Source: Dehalococcoidia bacterium (GTDB lineage: Bacteria; Chloroflexota; Dehalococcoidia; DSTF01; JACRBR01). Taken from it: 20,000 bases of DNA. The stretch spans positions 57,701-77,700 of the forward strand of contig JBGQBE010000010.1 of assembly GCA_041494685.1 (NCBI GenBank), in the 5' to 3' direction. Under the pieces are notes generated by a model, which worked only from the letters and a program-made list of their open reading frames with translations, made no database searches and had not been told where the DNA came from. Below are positions 17,869 through 20,000 of the stretch, in pieces. The position numbers and the translations under genes are program-made. Each line of letters opens with the position of its first letter. Position 1 is the first letter of the stretch.

Positions 17869-17890
17869 GTTGCTGTCAGCGTTGCTGTCA
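17869..17890. repeat. Tandem 10-bp direct repeat GTTGCTGTCA, probable integrase arm-type binding sites
   Basis: Exact copies at 17869-17878 and 17881-17890 (12-bp period), about 100 bp from the att core, as expected for tyrosine integrase arm sites. Confidence 0.7.
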
Positions 17891-17935
17891 CGAGGAGTTC
17901 TGCGAAGTACGACGTTTTCATCTCGGCACCGAAGG

Positions 17936-19426
17936 TTACGCGCCGGGCGAACCGGCATCACCTTGTTCCTCGTGCGACTGCTTGAGCCAAAAGTAGTGCC
18001 TGTAAAGATAACGCCATGCAGTTGTTACGAGTAGATGGAGCGCTCGGTCCTCGTCGCTGTCCGGGGGAGGGGTCGTCGGAAGGGCGTCCTCCAAATCACG
18101 TAAGGCCTCCAATTCTTGAAAGTGATCCGAGCTGCGTATCGCAGCCGCCGCAGCTTCTAAGCGCCCCCTGTAGCGTTCATCGGGCACATCTTCCCACGCT
18201 AGGCGCGTCCTTGACAACGCCTTGACTGCGCCGAGGATGGTGGCCAGTCTCAGCCCGCTCTCCGCCAGGAATTGGTACTTCTCGATCTCGACGATCAGAG
18301 GCAGTGCGGAACTCAGGCGGACCCGGGGATCGATGGATTCATCGCCTAGGACTTCGCAGACGTGTTCAAATCGCTCTTGGTTCGTGACGAGTTTGGCCTC
18401 GAGTCCAATTTCTTCGGCGAGTTCCATGCCAAGCAGTAGAGTGCTTAGGCAGAGGCGGAAGACCTGCCGCCCGTAGGACGAGAGTGACTGATACAGATGG
18501 GCTTCGTCCGGCTTTGACGTCGCGACAGAGAAGCGACGCAACGTTGTGCCGCCCTCATGCGCAATCTGCGATCTCGCGGCGTAGAACTGTTGCGCCCATC
18601 GGTCTAGCCGTGGAGTTCGGCCCAGAATCAAGGAGATCGCATCGACGAATCGATCGCTCTTTTCGCTTGCCGGTAGACCTAGGACCGCTTCAAAGGCGAT
18701 GGCGAGATTCACAAGGGCCGAGTCGTCGTTCAGGTTGTCTTCGTTTGCCGCGTTATACCAGCGCAGAGCCGTAAACAGCCTTGTCGCGTTGGGCTTCAGA
18801 GGCCTCAGCAGGAGACCGCCGAGGCGCTGGTATGGCGCATCACTGCGTCCACGTGTGCCTAGGTCGGTACTGAGATCTTGGGAGATGTTCAGGCCCGGAT
18901 CCGGGCTGGGGCCATAGAGGCGCGAGCCCTTTGCAATCCAGAAGTAGTGCCTGAAGTTGTAAAGGCCCGCATATCCATCCACTTCCCCTCTTTCGTCCGG
19001 GATAAGAGTTCGTGGACTAAGCGGCACGACATTGTAATCCGGTTGAAGCAGATGAATTGACACGGCCTGTGGGGAGAAGACGACCATGCTAGCGTTCTCG
19101 TAAGGCAGGAAGGGGTCGCCAAAGATCGCGTGGGGTGATGCGTAAGCGTAGGCCACGATCGCCTGAACATTCTGGAGCACGTCCAACTCCGCTGAGCCGC
19201 GATCAATCTTGATATGGCGCATCGCTGTGAATGACGCGGAACGGATTCTGAAGTCGTCCTTCAGGAAGAGCATGTCTGCGATTTCGCTCAGTCTCTCCGC
19301 GTCCGACGCAGAGAGCCCGGTCAAGTCGTTGGTGGACTGAAAGGTATGAGGGCCGATCGTCACGGGGTGCGTCGTCTTGAGGAAGGGGAATACGGCGAAG
19401 GTGGAGGTGTCTTCCAGGTTGCGCAT
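17936..19426 (-). CDS. ApeA-like HEPN domain protein (putative RNase / anti-phage effector)
   Basis: LFTALRWYN...ALVNLAIAFEAVLG followed by FYAARSQIAHEG (R-x4-H at 18557-18574). 496 aa from ATG 19426, with atypical codon usage. Confidence 0.75.
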   Translation of the reverse strand: MRNLEDTSTFAVFPFLKTTHPVTIGPHTFQSTNDLTGLSASDAERLSEIADMLFLKDDFRIRSASFTAMRHIKIDRGSAELDVLQNVQAIVAYAYASPHAIFGDPFLPYENASMVVFSPQAVSIHLLQPDYNVVPLSPRTLIPDERGEVDGYAGLYNFRHYFWIAKGSRLYGPSPDPGLNISQDLSTDLGTRGRSDAPYQRLGGLLLRPLKPNATRLFTALRWYNAANEDNLNDDSALVNLAIAFEAVLGLPASEKSDRFVDAISLILGRTPRLDRWAQQFYAARSQIAHEGGTTLRRFSVATSKPDEAHLYQSLSSYGRQVFRLCLSTLLLGMELAEEIGLEAKLVTNQERFEHVCEVLGDESIDPRVRLSSALPLIVEIEKYQFLAESGLRLATILGAVKALSRTRLAWEDVPDERYRGRLEAAAAAIRSSDHFQELEALRDLEDALPTTPPPDSDEDRALHLLVTTAWRYLYRHYFWLKQSHEEQGDAGSPGA

Positions 19427-19567
19427 CGTAGTAATGTGGCGTCCGTGCAATATTCTCGACGCCCGTTGACACGAGGAGGCCGCTTGGCTGTGTTTCGCCG
19501 ACTCACGGCGGCGTCTCTGCGCGCCGTACACGCGGGATCGTCAGTGTCCAATGCTGCCGGCTGTGCG

Positions 19568-19722
19568 TCAAGCGACCCCAATCGCCTCCGCCACCGCGCC
19601 CCAGCCCGTGTCCTCCTGCCCCTCCAGCCGGCGCAGGTACACCGTCGCCACCGCCCGCGAGGAGTGGTCGAGGAACCGGCTCACGTCCTCGACGCTCTCC
19701 CCGACGTCGCGCCGGAGCTTGG
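19568..19722 (-). pseudogene. C-terminal remnant of a tyrosine recombinase
   Basis: A frame absent from the ORF track reads KLRRDVGESVEDVSRFLDHSSRAVATVYLRRLEGQEDTGWGAVAEAIGVA*, matching box II (L-D/G-H-S-x4-T-x-Y). There is an in-frame stop at 19739-19741 and no HxxR motif upstream. Confidence 0.85.
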
Positions 19723-19853
19723 TCGAAGTCGGATTGTCTCAGTGAGAGTCTGCGGAATGTGTGGCGAGCACGATCGGGAATCGGTGCAGTTGCGTGCCGA
19801 GTCTGATTGCAAGAGCCACCCGATCTGCAGACGCCCCTACTGACAACCCGCGG

Positions 19854-19859
19854 TCTAGA
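19854..19859. repeat. Probable IS target-site duplication copy TCTAGA
   Basis: Palindromic hexamer abutting the terminal TGT. It fits the NCTAGN target known for IS481. The second copy would lie outside the window. Confidence 0.65.
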
Positions 19860-19887
19860 TGTAGTTCCCACCAAGGTTATTGACACA

Positions 19888-19948
19888 AAGAGAGTGCTCG
19901 AGTCGGCTGTGGGTGTTGAAAGCCTGCAGTCGAAAGGAGCACTCTCTT
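19888..19948 (+). promoter_or_regulatory. Stem-loop sequestering the transposase SD and start codon
   Basis: AAGAGAGTGCTC (19888-19899) is the exact reverse complement of GAGCACTCTCTT (19937-19948). An inner imperfect stem with G-U pairs is also possible. Confidence 0.7.
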
Positions 19949-20000
19949 GGCACATGGTAACGCGCGGCTGACCACCTACGGCAGACTCCAGATCGTCCGC
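19947..20000 (+). CDS. IS481-family transposase, N-terminal 18 codons (partial)
   Basis: AAAGGAG (19933-19939), then a TTG start: MAHGNARLTTYGRLQIVR, matching the H-x-N-A-R-L-T-x-x-G-R N-terminus of IS481 transposases. Confidence 0.85.
   Translation, partial: MAHGNARLTTYGRLQIVR

Larger units (their letters stand above)
17720..20000. mobile_element. End of a tRNA-integrated genomic island extending beyond the window
   Basis: tRNA 3' fragment, arm-type direct repeats about 100 bp inside, cargo with lower GC (spot counts 36/60 at lines 18061 and 18901 versus 44/60 at line 2881), a recombinase remnant and an IS. Confidence 0.8.
19860..20000 (+). mobile_element. Left end of an IS481-family insertion sequence (truncated by the window edge)
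   Basis: Terminus TGTAGTTCCCACCAAGGTTATTGACAC begins with TGT and is followed by an IS481-type transposase start. Confidence 0.85.

Noticed and set aside
19427..19531. N-terminal extension of the HEPN ORF to 19531
   Set aside because: Low-complexity basic sequence in the gap after the recombinase remnant. ATG 19426 begins the globular-looking sequence.
1..20000. CRISPR array or long tandem repeat
   Set aside because: No regularly spaced repeat-spacer pattern was seen in any intergenic region.

Overview
High-GC bacterial window. The gene content, leaderless promoters and protein styles suggest Chloroflexota (Dehalococcoidia-like) or Actinomycetota; this is inference only. Positions 125-4883 (- strand) form an apparent K+-homeostasis operon: a broken KdpD-like kinase, an intact KdpE-like regulator, a catalytically dead alpha/beta-hydrolase fused to a USP domain, and a KimA/YdaO-type APC permease. 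No kdpFABC is present in the window. The middle holds a DUF1003-like membrane protein, a serine hydrolase, small membrane proteins, a GT-C-like membrane protein, an MFS transporter, an ABC ATPase / ABM-like protein / FtsX-type permease operon, an F420-dependent Ddn-family reductase and a decayed gene. At 17720-17768 lies the 3' half of a tRNA with a GUA anticodon, G72, A73 and a short variable loop, which is the archaeal/eukaryal tRNA-Tyr layout. It marks the att end of an integrated island. The island carries arm-type repeats, an ApeA-like HEPN protein, a tyrosine recombinase remnant and the left end of an IS481-family element inserted next to TCTAGA.
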